A stretch of DNA of 64,000 nucleotides from Octopus vulgaris (Eukaryota), in contig OX597836.1 of the NCBI GenBank assembly GCA_951406725.2, positions 1,426,001 to 1,490,000 on the forward strand. Reading direction: 5' to 3'. The notes under the pieces were generated by a model, which saw nothing but the letters and a program-made list of their open reading frames with translations, ran no database searches and had not been told where the DNA came from. The translations under genes and the position numbers were made by a program. This document shows positions 41,451 to 54,776 of this stretch, piece by piece (within the stretch, counting starts at the first letter, position 1; every line of letters begins with the position of its first letter).

Positions 41451-42146
41451 GTAACTGACCATTATGACGGTACGTTCCTTTGCCCCTCTGTCTGCCTGTT
41501 TGTCTGTGTGCTTGTTTCCTTGTCTGTCTGTCTGTCTGTCTGTATGTATGTAGGTATAAAGCGATGTTTGCTCTGTTTAAAAATCTCTTACCGATCAAAT
41601 TTTCTTGTAAGTTTTCGAGAGTCGACAATTTAACTTGGCCATCTCGGACAATAAACTGGCACTATTGTTTGAAGACATCGCTAGAGTAGTTTGCCTGCTC
41701 TTTTTTTCTTTCATTTCAAATTCCGTGGAGATCTTATTTTCTTTTCATGTTTTTATGAGTTGATGAAACTAAGGCGGTGAATTGAGAGAAGCGTTGGAGC
41801 ATGCAAAAAAAACCACAAAAACAAAAACAAAACAAAACAAACAAACAAAAAAGACTGTACGCTGTTTGTTGAGTAAATTAATATTCCGTGTTCACCTGGA
41901 ATGGCGGAACGGCGGAACGGCGGGGTTGGGTGGGGAGAGAGAGAGAGACAAGTGAAGATTTTGAGGGAGTGAAATTGCAGACGAGAGACAGAAGAAATAT
42001 GTACATTAAAACAGGGAGACGAATGAATGGATTCAGAGAACGATTAAAGGGTGCACGGGACAATGAGGGACATGGAAAGAGAGCCGAGAAGAAAAGGAGG
42101 AAGGACCAGTATCATTTCTTCTTATTTTCCTTCTTTATCTTCTTTT

Positions 42147-42211
42147 TCATCATCATCATCAACATCATCATCATCAACATCATCATCATCATCATCATCA
42201 TCTTCCATCAA

Positions 42212-42249
<38 letters not shown>

Positions 42250-42250
42250 A

Positions 42251-42284
<34 letters not shown>

Positions 42285-42328
42285 TTCCATCAACATCATC
42301 ATCGTCATTATCATCATCATCATCATCT

Positions 42329-42372
<44 letters not shown>

Positions 42373-42400
42373 TATCATCATCATCATCAACGTCAACATC
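42147..42400. repeat. (CAT)n tract with recurring TCTTCCATCA interruptions
   Basis: Directly visible. Confidence 0.95.
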
Positions 42401-42482
42401 ATCACTTTTTCTTCCTCTTTCTCATCACCACTCTCAACATTATCATCATCGTCTTTTATTCTTATTCTTCTTCGGCATCCTC

Positions 42483-42528
<46 letters not shown>

Positions 42529-42640
42529 TCTCTCTCTCTCTCTCCATGTCTATTATTCCCTCTGCTCAATCTCCTCTCTCCGCCCCCCCCCCCCCCCACC
42601 ATTCATAACTCACCACTCCTCAATCAACACGAACGAATAA

Positions 42641-42716
42641 ACGACAGACCGACCGACCGACCGACCGACCGACCGAACGACCGACCGACCGACCGAACGA
42701 ACGAACGAACGAACGA
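42641..42716. repeat. CpG-containing (GACC)n/(GAAC)n tetranucleotide repeat
   Basis: Directly visible. Confidence 0.95.
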
Positions 42717-43275
42717 ATGCAGAAACGCAATCTCCTTCATCTCGTTTACTCGCCCTGCTTATTGCTTTTGTTGCTCTCCGTATTAAGTTCACTTTTTTAT
42801 CAGACGATATAGCATGAAAACACAGATGAACATTGAATAACCTCGAGATATCACACAGCAGCAGCAGCAGCAGCAGGTGGTAATTCACAGCTCGGAAATT
42901 AAAGACGTTAGCGTTCCAACAGACATGATCGTATTTCGCATCCAATGAAAATCTCCATCAACGCCGACCTGGCCACAACCTTCTGTTTGCCTTACCTCAG
43001 CTCACCATGTTATTCATGCTGTTGCTGCTGCTGTTGTTGTTGTTGTTGTTGTTGTTGTCGTCGTGTATATAATATAAAACGCTGGCTATATTTCGTGTCA
43101 TGTCGAGTCGCTTCATGGCATTATTAGATTTGATTGCTATCATCGTCAACGGCCAATACTCGTCCGCTTGCATAATATGCATCGTCATTGGAAAACAGAT
43201 CAACACACACCAATCCATATTACAACCATTTCCTTAGCCATACACACGCATACACAGGTTTGCATATAGTTGTAC

Positions 43276-43320
<45 letters not shown>

Positions 43321-43864
43321 TATACACTTTTACGCTTTTACGCGTATCACTTGAACAGTTCCAGTAACATGAATGTTGGCTGTTTTCTTTTTCTATTATT
43401 TTGAGTAGAGATAAGAAGAGAAGAAATGGAATTTGAAAGGACAGAAGAGAAGGGGGGAGGTTGGTGGCGGAGAGAGTATGAAAGAGATAGAATAAGAGAG
43501 GCAGGGAAAACGTTACGTATATAAGATATATACTCTCACAAACAGAGAAAGCGGGAGAGAAAGAAGAAGGACAGAGTCAAAGAAAGAGGGGAGAGAGAGA
43601 AAATGAGAGAGAGAAAGAAAAGGCGAAAGAGAGAAAAGGGGAGAGAGAAGGGGATAGTGTGTGAGTGAGAGAGAGAGAGAGAGAGGGAGGGAGAGAGAGA
43701 GTATGAGATACTATCATACGAGTTTAATTCATTTTCCAATTTACGTTTAAGACCTAACTATACACTTTTAGCAGCCATTCATTTCATACACACATGGACA
43801 CAATCACACACCACTCCCAACTCCCCCCTCATACACACATGATGAGAGATAATGGCGATCATGA

Positions 43865-44000
43865 GTTTTCACAGACACAAGGCTGCAATATTGAAGGGAT
43901 AATAGTATAGTCGATTACATCGATTTTAGTTCTAGATTGATACTTATAGTTTATTGATCCCGGATCGATAAAGCACATAGACAACCCGAGTGAGATTTTA
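43865..44000 (-). mobile_element. SINE family B 3' fragment
   Basis: GACACAAGGC...AGTCGATTACATCGA...GATACTTAT..TTTATTGATCCCG. Confidence 0.6.
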
Positions 44001-45599
44001 AGTTAAAGCTCAATAAACTGGTGCGACGAAATTGGTGGTGCGTTTCGTTCGTCGCTCTTCCGATCGCGTCCGTCGCGCGATCTTCTCTGAGATAACGTCA
44101 ACGTCACTAAACCATTGCTCGCCTTGCAAGACTTTTGTGAAAGTAGCCAAATCTCCAATCGCACTTTACAGCTCGAAAAAGGACACATTGTATAATATAA
44201 ATTCAGGTTCCTTATCCGTAGGAGAAAAGAAGGGATGGTCACAGCTGGAACGCTTTTGATTATATGTCAATTTGATGAGAGTTGGTTTCTGGTTCTCCCC
44301 CCCGATTGCATGACTCGAATAAACCACTGATTTCTCTTAGGAATCCCGATGCTGTTCTTTGCAATTTTTTTTCTATATATTCCAGCAATTTCCTTGAAGG
44401 CCCAGATCGTATGAATGATTTCCTGCACTTAAGACATTAACCTCTGCTTCGTAGCGAGGTCCTTATAATTTCCGAATACCATAAAAGTATGTGAGAACCT
44501 TTCCGATATTGTTGCGGAAGGCCATGGAACTTGTAATGATGTGCAAAAGTCCATTTATTGCCCGTGTTGTAGCAAAAAACGCACTTTTTGAGAGAAATCT
44601 TCTGACAAGTGCAGCAGAAAGAATTGGAAAAAGAACAATCACCCAATCACAGAGAAAATCCCAGAAAATACTATTGTTCTCAAAGAACTACCATTAGAAT
44701 CTCCGGAAGCACCAATGGAGGACACCACATCAATGCCAAAAGCTGAGTGGGATCCGAATGTTGTTTGCATTGGCAGTGATCAGTGGATCGTACTGCAATT
44801 ATCACCTTTCTTTAAAATTTCTTCACGTTTTTGAAACAAAGCTAGCGGGTGGCTTTGTAATACTGCATTTTAATTAATAATCAGTGACCCCCACCACCGT
44901 TTCCTGTTAACTAGGTTGATAAGCTTTGTTTTTCGGCGATATGAACGATGTGAGTTTGGAGACCCAGTTGCGTCTGACCGCCAAAAACTTACATTGGCAC
45001 TGAAACAAGATTGTTTCACATGAGAAAGAAATTCTTGCTAGATTGCGAAAGTTGGTTAAGGAAAGAAAACAACTAAAAAGAGACAAAATATATGCAGTGA
45101 CGTAGATAATGTATGCACTGACGTATGTTGATAATATATGCAGTGACATATTCAATTGTCAGGTATGAAACGAAAAGTTCATTAGTGATCGTTAGATTTG
45201 TTAGACGTCTGTAATTAAGGTTTTTTTATTGTAATTAATTTACTGTTTTAATTAAGGGTGTAAATTAAGTAAAGAAAATATGCGAAATCAGTAGTAACTT
45301 GTACAAACACACATATACTCACTCACACGTACATTAGTGTGTGTGTGTGTGTGTGTGCATATGCGATCGATGAATGTATGTGTATAAAGTTGTGTATGTA
45401 TATGTTAAGGTATGTTGAGCAAACTGCGAGCAGAAGTGATACAGCGTGTCTATAATAATTTTTATGTGTATATTTTTCAAAGGGTGTATACGTTTGATAG
45501 CCTTTTGGTCAGTATATGTGTGAATATCAAAGTGAAAAACTGTGCTGCAGTGTGTTTATGTGAGTGAATATTACTTATGTGACTGTGAACGTGCGGAAA

Positions 45600-45663
<64 letters not shown>

Positions 45664-46080
45664 GTGTGTGTGTGTGTGTCTCTGTTCAATGTTGTGTGTG
45701 TGTGATAATCTGGCGCACTTTGGAGCGCTTTTCTGCATCATTGTCTGTGTGTAAGTGTTGTTGTCTGCCTTTGTAAAAGCGTGAAGGACTGTGCGTATCT
45801 ATGTATGCAGGTACGTATACATGCGTTAGTGTGTGTATGTGTATTAGTGTATATGTTTCCATGAAATTCGAAAATAAATTGTAATTAGTACTAGTGTAAC
45901 TTTTTCTGATTGGGTGAGGGTTAATGAGAATGTCTTATTAGAGCGAACTGAATAATTGATGTTTCCTTGCTTAGGAGACAAAAATTCCTTCCCCCGAAGA
46001 GGACGCTTCTTTCTCTCTGCCTCTCTTTATTCTTTATGCGTCTCATTCCTTATCCCCACCTCCCTCTAACACATATATTG

Positions 46081-46125
<45 letters not shown>

Positions 46126-46136
46126 GTCTATCTATT

Positions 46137-46225
<89 letters not shown>

Positions 46226-46384
46226 TGCATATATATGTATATACATGTATATACATGTATACATAAAGCACACATGTATATACACACTTATTCACATATA
46301 GACACACAGAGGCATGCATATATGCATATGTATATCACATACATACACACACACACATGCAGGTTCGCTGCTGTTTATGATTAA

Positions 46385-46520
46385 TAAAACTCTTCCCCTA
46401 AGTAAAGCGTCGGTTTTTAACAAAGATACAAAACCCCATTATTGGAATCTGGATAAAATTTTTTAAAAAAACTGTCACATTTTGAATTTGAATAAAGTCT
46501 TACATATTTTTTACTTTCGC
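46385..46520 (-). mobile_element. 3' UTR fragment related to the RLE element at 41085-41450
   Basis: Shares AACAAAGATACAA and surrounding similarity with 41101-41160. Confidence 0.45.
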
Positions 46521-46654
46521 AAAGATTGCAAATGTAACATGTGAGTAAATATATTCCTTTGTAAGCCTAGTACTTATTCAATCGGTCTCTTTTTGCCGAG
46601 GAATTATCATCTCTCCAATAGTCTTTACCACATGTCTAGAGCACTTTGGTTAGG

Positions 46655-46900
46655 CTGGTGGTGTGGGCATCAGAGGTGAGCTGCTAACACATCTATGCTT
46701 TAAATGTCACATCGTGCTGATCGTCGAAGCTGAAGACCAACTGCAGAGAACGGTGAAAGCTTCGTTGAATGATGTTGTCAAAAAGAACCTTATACGTGAA
46801 GGACGAACCTACGGAGCGAGATTTTGGAAGGCTCTGTGGAACATTATATGACTGTTCATTTACGTTTGACCAGACCCAGTGTTAAATAACAACAACAACA
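46655..46900 (+). mobile_element. RTE-clade LINE remnant, internally deleted
   Basis: GVGIRGELLTHLCFKCHIVLIVEAEDQLQR matches GvxixGxxlxHLxFADDIVLia..LQ and is joined directly to NDVVKKNL...RFWKAL (RTE C-terminal WxDxvkxDl...W), then a (CAA)n tail. Confidence 0.65.
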
Positions 46901-47333
46901 AGAACACCACCATATCAGAACAAATATATCAGAACACGGATGTTCACAAAAGACAAGGTACTAAAAACAGATATCAACATAAAACACAAAACAAACAATA
47001 GCAATAACAAAAAACAGCCACAACTACTACAGCTGCTGCTGCTGCGACTACTGCTTCCTGATGTTGCTAACAGTATTACCTCGGCAGTAAATAAGATGAA
47101 AAGAGAGTGTAAGAAAGATAGGCAAGGTCGAAGCGAGTAAAGTTTTTAACAGAGCACAGTGAACCAACGGCGCTAATTGTGAACGTGTCACGTGATGAGT
47201 CTATATGCAGATTTTCACGTGAGATACCATCGTGGGGTGGCGCGGTCGGGGCTGCCTATGACTCTTTTTGTCGATTACTATTTTTAAGTACATATGTTTA
47301 TCATCAATACATGTGTATGAATGTAATGTATGC

Positions 47334-47366
<33 letters not shown>

Positions 47367-48130
47367 CATATATGCATATACTTATATATATGTATAAATA
47401 TATACATATATATATATATATACATATATATATGTATGTATGTATATATGTATATATATATATATATATATGTATATGCAAATATATGCATACACATACA
47501 ATATATGTGTGTGTCTGACATAAGCATCTATATATACACAGGTGTACAGGCATAAATACTCGACTGTATACGTGTGTGTGTGTGTGTTTGTGTATATATA
47601 CACAGATACACATATTTATATTTTTGAATATATGTATGTAAACATTCACGAAGGATGTATATATATATGTGTGTGTGTGTATGTGTGTGTGTGTATACCT
47701 GCATGCGGCTGCACATGATACTTGGTAGGAAGCGAGAGGCCAGTGATAAAATCTAAACTGTGGAACACATCATATCCATATGTTCAACGTTCTTTTTCAA
47801 TTTGCCAACCAATTCTTCTTATCTTCTCCCATTCTATGTCTTGGTCTATTTTAGTCGTCATCATCATCATCAGCATCAATTTCCCCCCCCCCCTCCCCAT
47901 CATCATCATCATCATCATTATCATCATCCCTACCTCTACCCTCCCACCACCACTGCCACCATCGCTCCCATCGCTGTCGCCACCATCATCATCATCATCA
48001 TCGACAGCAGCTGCAACTGTCTTCCTCTTATCACTTCTCGTCATCACCACCACCACCTCCAGCACTGCCACCGCCATCTCCAGCGCCGCCGTCGATGTCA
48101 TCATCATCATCGTCATCACCTTCACCACAT

Positions 48131-48170
<40 letters not shown>

Positions 48171-48236
48171 CAACATCAGTATCATCATCAGCATCAGCTT
48201 CTGCCACATGGTTTTGGTTGCTCATTTTTTGAATCA

Positions 48237-48317
<81 letters not shown>

Positions 48318-48980
48318 GCATACCACTGGCTACTCTTACTACTTGGTATTATATCCTTTCGGTATTGGTCTATTACTCTCTCATAATGATGCTCTCCATT
48401 AAGGAAACTGAATTGAATATATTATCGCACGTGATACCTACATCCAGCCAAGTGGACTGTGTCCCATTGTCACCCGCAAACAGTAGTGAATAGTAAGGCT
48501 TTGTCTGCGTGGTTTGCCTCATTGTGGTACCTATTTATGTGGTACCTATTTATGTAACTGACTAAAAACAGAATGTGGTACCTGAGGCGGTTTTAAGCTC
48601 TCGATGATATCTTGAGGCTCGTCTTCTTGAGGAACGTGCAGAAAAACCTGAATCATTAGTGTTCAAGTTAGAGAGGGTAGAAAGGCGGTACCCAGTAACG
48701 TCGCCGTGAGACGGGTACCTCATAGCACTTTGAGACAATTAAGTTACCCTGTTTATTTCCACTGCATTTCAGCTTTATCTCCAGTGGTCAGGACCCTTTC
48801 TACCCATAGTTCAAAAAAATTCATTGATGAGAAAATGAGTCTGATCGTCCGGCACAGCTTCTCTCATTATTATCTCGTTCAAACACAAATCAAGATTCGA
48901 AATAAAATATATTAAAAAAATAACAAAATAAAAACAGTCGGCGAACACATTGGCCTTCATTATTTGGTGGCTCCAAGTTT

Positions 48981-49020
48981 TGTATTTCTGCTTTCATCGT
49001 CTAAAACAACGATTCAGAGG
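48981..49020 (-). ncRNA. Degenerate hammerhead-like motif
   Basis: Reverse strand CCT-CTGA-ATCGT-TGTTTTAG-ACGAT-GAAA-GC: perfect 5-bp stem II and GAAA, but 3 nt of CUGANGA are missing. Confidence 0.35.
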
Positions 49021-49159
49021 TCCTTAACTTTATAAGAATGCTTACATCACCTAAAATGTTTAGATTTCACTAACCTAGGCACAAAGGAAGACTAATTTAG
49101 ATGAATCACTGCTGATATACTGCTGATACACACTCTCACCTAAATATCATGATAAATAG

Positions 49160-49195
<36 letters not shown>

Positions 49196-49471
49196 TACAC
49201 ACACACACATACACACGCGCTTGCACATAAATCCGTCTGTTCTGTGTTCCTGCATGTGTATATATCTGGGTGTGTGCGTGATTGCGTGTCTGTGTGGAGG
49301 GTTACGCGTTTGCCTACATGCATAAATACACAAATACATATATTTGTATAGATTCACGTATATGGGTCTATATACAGACATACTACGTATGTACATACGC
49401 ACATACATACATGTACATACATTATATATACATATATATATATATATATGCGCGTGCTTGTGTGTATATAT

Positions 49472-49522
<51 letters not shown>

Positions 49523-49724
49523 CGTGTAGGTATAAGTGTTTGGGGAGAGAGTAAGACAAAATGAAAGATGGAGAAAAAAAATTCAACTGCAAAAATTCAA
49601 AGGAAACTGAGTTAACACAAAAACTAACACAAACGAAACAAAAGCAATGACGTAAGGGGGAGAACGAGACCCTTACAACAACGCATCTTTTAAGCATTCA
49701 CTCAGACCTACATACATACATACA

Positions 49725-49765
<41 letters not shown>

Positions 49766-50079
49766 CTGTTTGTGCGCCTATATATATGTATATATATGTG
49801 TGTGTGTGTGTGTGTGTTGGTGTGTTCACCTAGTATTTCCCTCCCCAAATGTTAAGTACAAGCTGCTTGCCACACTCATCTGATATCGGGAATGTTACAA
49901 ACTCATCTGTTATATATACAGCAGAAAAGAAGAAAAAAAAAAATGCGAGTTGACGGGTGGAGGAAGCGGAAGATATATACGTGCGTCTACCTGTGTACTG
50001 GGTTGTGTGCGTGTGTGTGTGTATATGAGTATGTGTATGTGTATATGTATGTATGTATGCATGTATATATGTATTTGTG

Positions 50080-50115
<36 letters not shown>

Positions 50116-50236
50116 TGACACGTGTGCACATTACCTAATATGCTGTATGTACACCTATAAATCCAGACATACATACACACATATACAAACACAAACACAC
50201 ACACGCATATATATATATACATATATATTTATATAT

Positions 50237-50272
<36 letters not shown>

Positions 50273-50811
50273 TCTTAAATACGTATGTAAGTATATGTAT
50301 ATATATGTATATATATACGTGTGTATATATACTCTGTATTTGCGCGAGGGAATCATCCTCATCACATCACCATCATCATTATCGTCATCATCATCGTCTT
50401 CCTTTTCATCATCATCATCATCATCTGTCATAAACAGTTCTCAGAAGTAGTAACTGGTGCTAGGTGTATGTGTGTGCATTTGCGTATATTTGCATGTGTA
50501 GGTTTGTGTGTGTGTGTGTATGAGGACAAGAACAGCGGGGAGTGCATGTACCGCAGTGTGTTGCTTGCCGGGTAGGTTTGGTATGGGTGGCAGCAGATGA
50601 TGTGGGGTAGACGGGTGAGCATAAGTCTATTCTATACAACTCTTGGGTATACAAATGCCAATTTCGGGTATGGAACAAGTTTAGAATGAGTAATAGCTCG
50701 ACTACGGGTGTATACCCTCTGACTCATTCATACTTGTAGGTATGTATGGAGGTATGCAGGTACATACATACATACATATATACAAATGTATATACACACA
50801 AATATACCATA

Positions 50812-50896
<85 letters not shown>

Positions 50897-51026
50897 CATA
50901 TATATATATACATATATATATATTTATATACATATTCATATACACACACATATATATATATATATACAAATGCATATATATAAATGAATGTATATGTATA
51001 TGTATTAAGATATATATATATGTATT

Positions 51027-51083
<57 letters not shown>

Positions 51084-51180
51084 GTATATGTATATATATA
51101 TGTATGGTGATATGCTTTATTATTAAAGCTGCAAAAACATTACGAAAGAAAACATCACACACAAAATAAGAAAAAAAAAA

Positions 51181-51218
51181 ACCGATACTCAGAGTTTCAC
51201 ACTTCCGTTCGTCGGGTA
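51181..51218 (-). ncRNA. Minimal type I hammerhead motif with one core substitution
   Basis: Reverse strand AC-CCGACGA-ACG-GAAG-TGT-GAAA-CTC-T-GAG-TA-TCGGT: CUGANGA altered to CCGACGA, intact GAAA, self-complementary stem III and GUA triplet; adjacent to a TA tract. Confidence 0.55.
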
Positions 51219-51249
51219 GATGTGATTCAGAATCACATCTATTCGCCTA

Positions 51250-51483
51250 CAGGTTTCAGTCTTTTATTCGCCTACAAGTTTCAGTCTTTTGACTGTGGTC
51301 AGACTGGAGCACCATCTTTATCGAAGGAATCAACCCCAAGGACTTATTATTTATTTGTAATCTCAGTACTTATTCTATCGGTCGTTTTTGCCGAACTGCT
51401 CAGTTACGGGGACATAAACACACGAAAATTGGTTGTCATGGGTGGTGGGGGACAAACACAGACACAAAAACATAAATATATAC

Positions 51484-51540
<57 letters not shown>

Positions 51541-51830
51541 AGTCGCGCTTCTTACATTTTCCATCTCCTTAATTCACTCCCAAGGCTTTGATATATATGT
51601 ACACACACACACACACATTTATATACCTTTTATCTTTTACTCTATATATTTTTTAGTCACTAGACTGTGGCCATGCTGGAGTATCGCCTTTGAATTTTTT
51701 TCTTTTACGCTTGACGGTTAGTCTATCGGTGTCTTTGCAGAGTCACTAAGTTACACGGACGTAAACACACTCACAACGGTTATCAAGCTGGGCAAGGGGA
51801 GAAACGCAGACACAAGGACACACACATAAA
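51250..51830 (-). mobile_element. Two tandem partial SINE family A copies
   Basis: Two occurrences of GACTGTGG(T/C)CA..CTGGAG...CTATCGGT...GTTAC...ACAGACACA at about 51291 and 51663. Confidence 0.8.
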
Positions 51831-51868
51831 TATGTATATATATATATATATACGTATATATATGTGTG

Positions 51869-51920
<52 letters not shown>

Positions 51921-51924
51921 CCTA

Positions 51925-51998
<74 letters not shown>

Positions 51999-52404
51999 CA
52001 CGTATATGTGTGTGTGTGTGAGTGTATGCTTCATATGCATCTGTATATATATCTAGAAATGTATAAGTGTGAGTGAATGGCTGCTTGTATCTTTTACTTA
52101 TTCGGTTGACAATCTAAAAGTTCCAAGATATTGCGTGGCGACATTTGCAATTTTCTCTTTTGGTTGACTCAGGGTCTGTGATTTATATATATTCGCTAGA
52201 TTGAGACAATGTGGAAGCTTGTGAGATGGACGTCAAATGGAATTCGATGCGCGGCTTCATCATGCTCTGTCTTGCTGATTCAGGATAAATATACCATTAA
52301 GGCCACGGGGGCCAGAGGAAGACTCCGACACTTTCTGTTTATAATTAAAGGAATTTTTCCGTTGGTCGAACAAATTACTTACCACTGAAAACCTGAAGAT
52401 GGCC

Positions 52405-52610
52405 CTATCGTTAAGAGTCCGGACAAAACGTTAAGCGGCATTTCTTTCGTCTTTACGCTCTGATTAAAAATTACACCGCGGTCGATTTTGCCTGCCCACC
52501 TTTCGAGGTCGATAAGATATAAATATCATTTGAAGACTGGGGTCGATTTAAATAGCTAGTCCTATCCCACCACTAAGATTGTTGGACTTGAAGCCGAAAT
52601 GGGAAGCCAT
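52405..52610 (+). mobile_element. SINE family B copy
   Basis: ATCGTTA..CCGGACAAAACGTTAAGCGGCATTTC...GGTCGATTTTGCC..CCTTTCGAGGTCGATAA...CTGGGGTCGAT. Confidence 0.8.
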
Positions 52611-52635
52611 TATTCGAATGTTTACCAAACCCATC

Positions 52636-52691
<56 letters not shown>

Positions 52692-53009
52692 CTATATGCG
52701 CGGATGGCTGTATTAGAGTTTGTTAGTTGTCTGAAGATGTGAAGATGTTCAGGCCCTTCTCTCAGCGTGTGTGTTGATAGGATGCTTAATAATCCGGGTG
52801 AAATGAAACAGGCGGAACCAAGAAATCGAAATTGTGTCAAGGAATCGTTTCATCTGAACACCGTATTGCATAAAGTAGTGTTCCTTACATTTCGAATGAC
52901 GACGACGCCAAACTATAACACAATTTCAGATTTAGTCACATGAGCAGACATTTTTCACGCATGTGCATTAGACGATTGTATCGCTGCTCACTCTTTGTCT
53001 GCTAAGTCA

Positions 53010-53130
53010 TTTCATCCGTTTCGTAAGTATGAAAAGCAAATCGGTGTGATTTGAACTCGGAATATACAGAACTGGATTAAATGTCGCAACACATTTTTCC
53101 AAAGGCCTCAGAAGATTCTATCGTCGCGCC
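53010..53130 (-). mobile_element. SINE family B 5' fragment, diverged
   Basis: ATGAAAAGCAAA...ATTTGAACTCGGAA...GATTCT. Confidence 0.5.
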
Positions 53131-53227
53131 AATTCTTCGATGCCATTGACCAAAGTTGATATCAGTGGCATTCGGCTTTCTTTTTCAGATTCTGTCATTT
53201 TTATTCCTCTTTTACTTGTTCCAATGA

Positions 53228-53275
<48 letters not shown>

Positions 53276-53280
<5 letters not shown>

Positions 53281-53450
53281 AACATCGCTTGACAACCAAT
53301 GCTGGTGTGTTTACGTCTCCTAATTTAGCGGTTCGGCAGAAGAGGCCGATAGAATAAATACTAGGCTTACACAGAATAAGTCTTGGGGTCGATTTGCTCG
53401 ACGGTGCTCCAGCATGGCTGCAGTTAAAATGACTGAAACAAGTAAAATAA
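53276..53450 (+). mobile_element. SINE family A 3' half, preceded by (TG)n
   Basis: CATCGCTTGACAACC..TGCTGGTGTGTTTACGT...GATAGAATAAATACTAGGCTTAC...GGTGCTCCAGCATGGC...GACTGAAACAAGTAAAA. Confidence 0.92.
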
Positions 53451-53590
53451 ACAAAAATATGTGTGGCTCACGATTACCTTTTATAGATTAATATTATTTT
53501 CTTGTGAATAACAAATTCAATGGATTCATAAGTGTTAACAAAGTGATTTTAACACAATAATATCTTAACAATTCATAAAAATTTACTCCA

Positions 53591-53623
<33 letters not shown>

Positions 53624-54728
53624 GAAAAGCATGCAAAAAGACATTTCATTGAAATAAACAAAAACGTAAATAAGTAACTAAGAGAAACATAATAAAAGGT
53701 GACAAAAAGAAAATTGCCGAGAATAAGACTTGAAAGAAAAAAACTACATAATAAACAACAAAACAACGACATGAACGTTAACAAGAAGAACATCGCCAAA
53801 TAATAAATAATGGAATCATAAAACAAATGTTAACGTTGGAAACTTCAAATGTGAAGTGAAAATGTATTTTTGGTGTTGAAGAAATTTTCTTAGCTCTTTT
53901 GATCTCTTTTAATTCTATAACAAATTGCTAATTAAAAATAATAAAAACAATCAATTATGCTAAGAAAGAAAATATAAAACCACAATAAAAGCCAAAATCA
54001 CTGGAAATAAAGTTTTTTTTTCATCGTTTTTATTTTCTTGTTTTCTTAATGTTGTTGTTGTTTGTGTTGTCATCGCTGTTGCTGTTAATGTTATTCCTGC
54101 TTGTTATGTATTTTCTTTTTTTTTATTGTTGTTTTTTTGTGTTTTCTACATTGTATTTCGTGTTATTATTTTTTTTCTTCAATTTTTGACATTCTATTTT
54201 TTTTTTCTCAGGGATAAATAATCCGAAAGAGTTTGTTAATTAATTGCAATTAACGTCTGTTTTTGTTATTTCAGATAACGAAATTCAAGGATAAAGTCTC
54301 GTTCCTCTTTTTTTTTCTCTATTTTCCTTTTTACATTTTGTGCATTATTGCTACAATAATTATTGTTATTGTTATCAATATTGTTTTGTTATAATTATGA
54401 AGTTTGAAGTTGAAGATATTTCAGCGAGAGAAACGTACAACACGATTATAAATTATAACACACACACATACACAAACAACACACACAAACACACACAAAC
54501 AAACACACACAAACACACTTATGTATGAAAGGTATTGATATCCAGAAGACCCACAATGGCAGGTAACGGTATGTAAGTGCTATGAAAAGAGCGTAGTTAA
54601 ACTCTCGGTTCGATAATAATGCGAGGGAGGAGTCTAATGCGGGTCTTGTAAGATCAGGCATATGGTAAATAAAAGGAGACAACAAAGCCGAGGATGTGTG
54701 GAATTTTCAGGACATTTATAAAGAGATA

Positions 54729-54776
54729 GTCTTACAGCAGTGTCTGGGATCTTAAGGTTATCCCTTCATCAGAGAC
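54729..54776 (-). ncRNA. Minimal type I hammerhead ribozyme motif (GAAA mutated to GACA)
   Basis: Reverse strand GTCT-CTGATGA-A-GGGAT-AACCTTAAG-ATCCC-A-GACA-CTGCTG-TA-AGAC: stem I GTCT/AGAC, stem II GGGAT/ATCCC, near-palindromic stem III, GUA triplet. Confidence 0.7.

Noticed and set aside
53480-54350. Large inverted repeat suggested by an A-rich to T-rich switch near 54005
   Set aside because: Only compositional symmetry; I could not align the halves as reverse complements.
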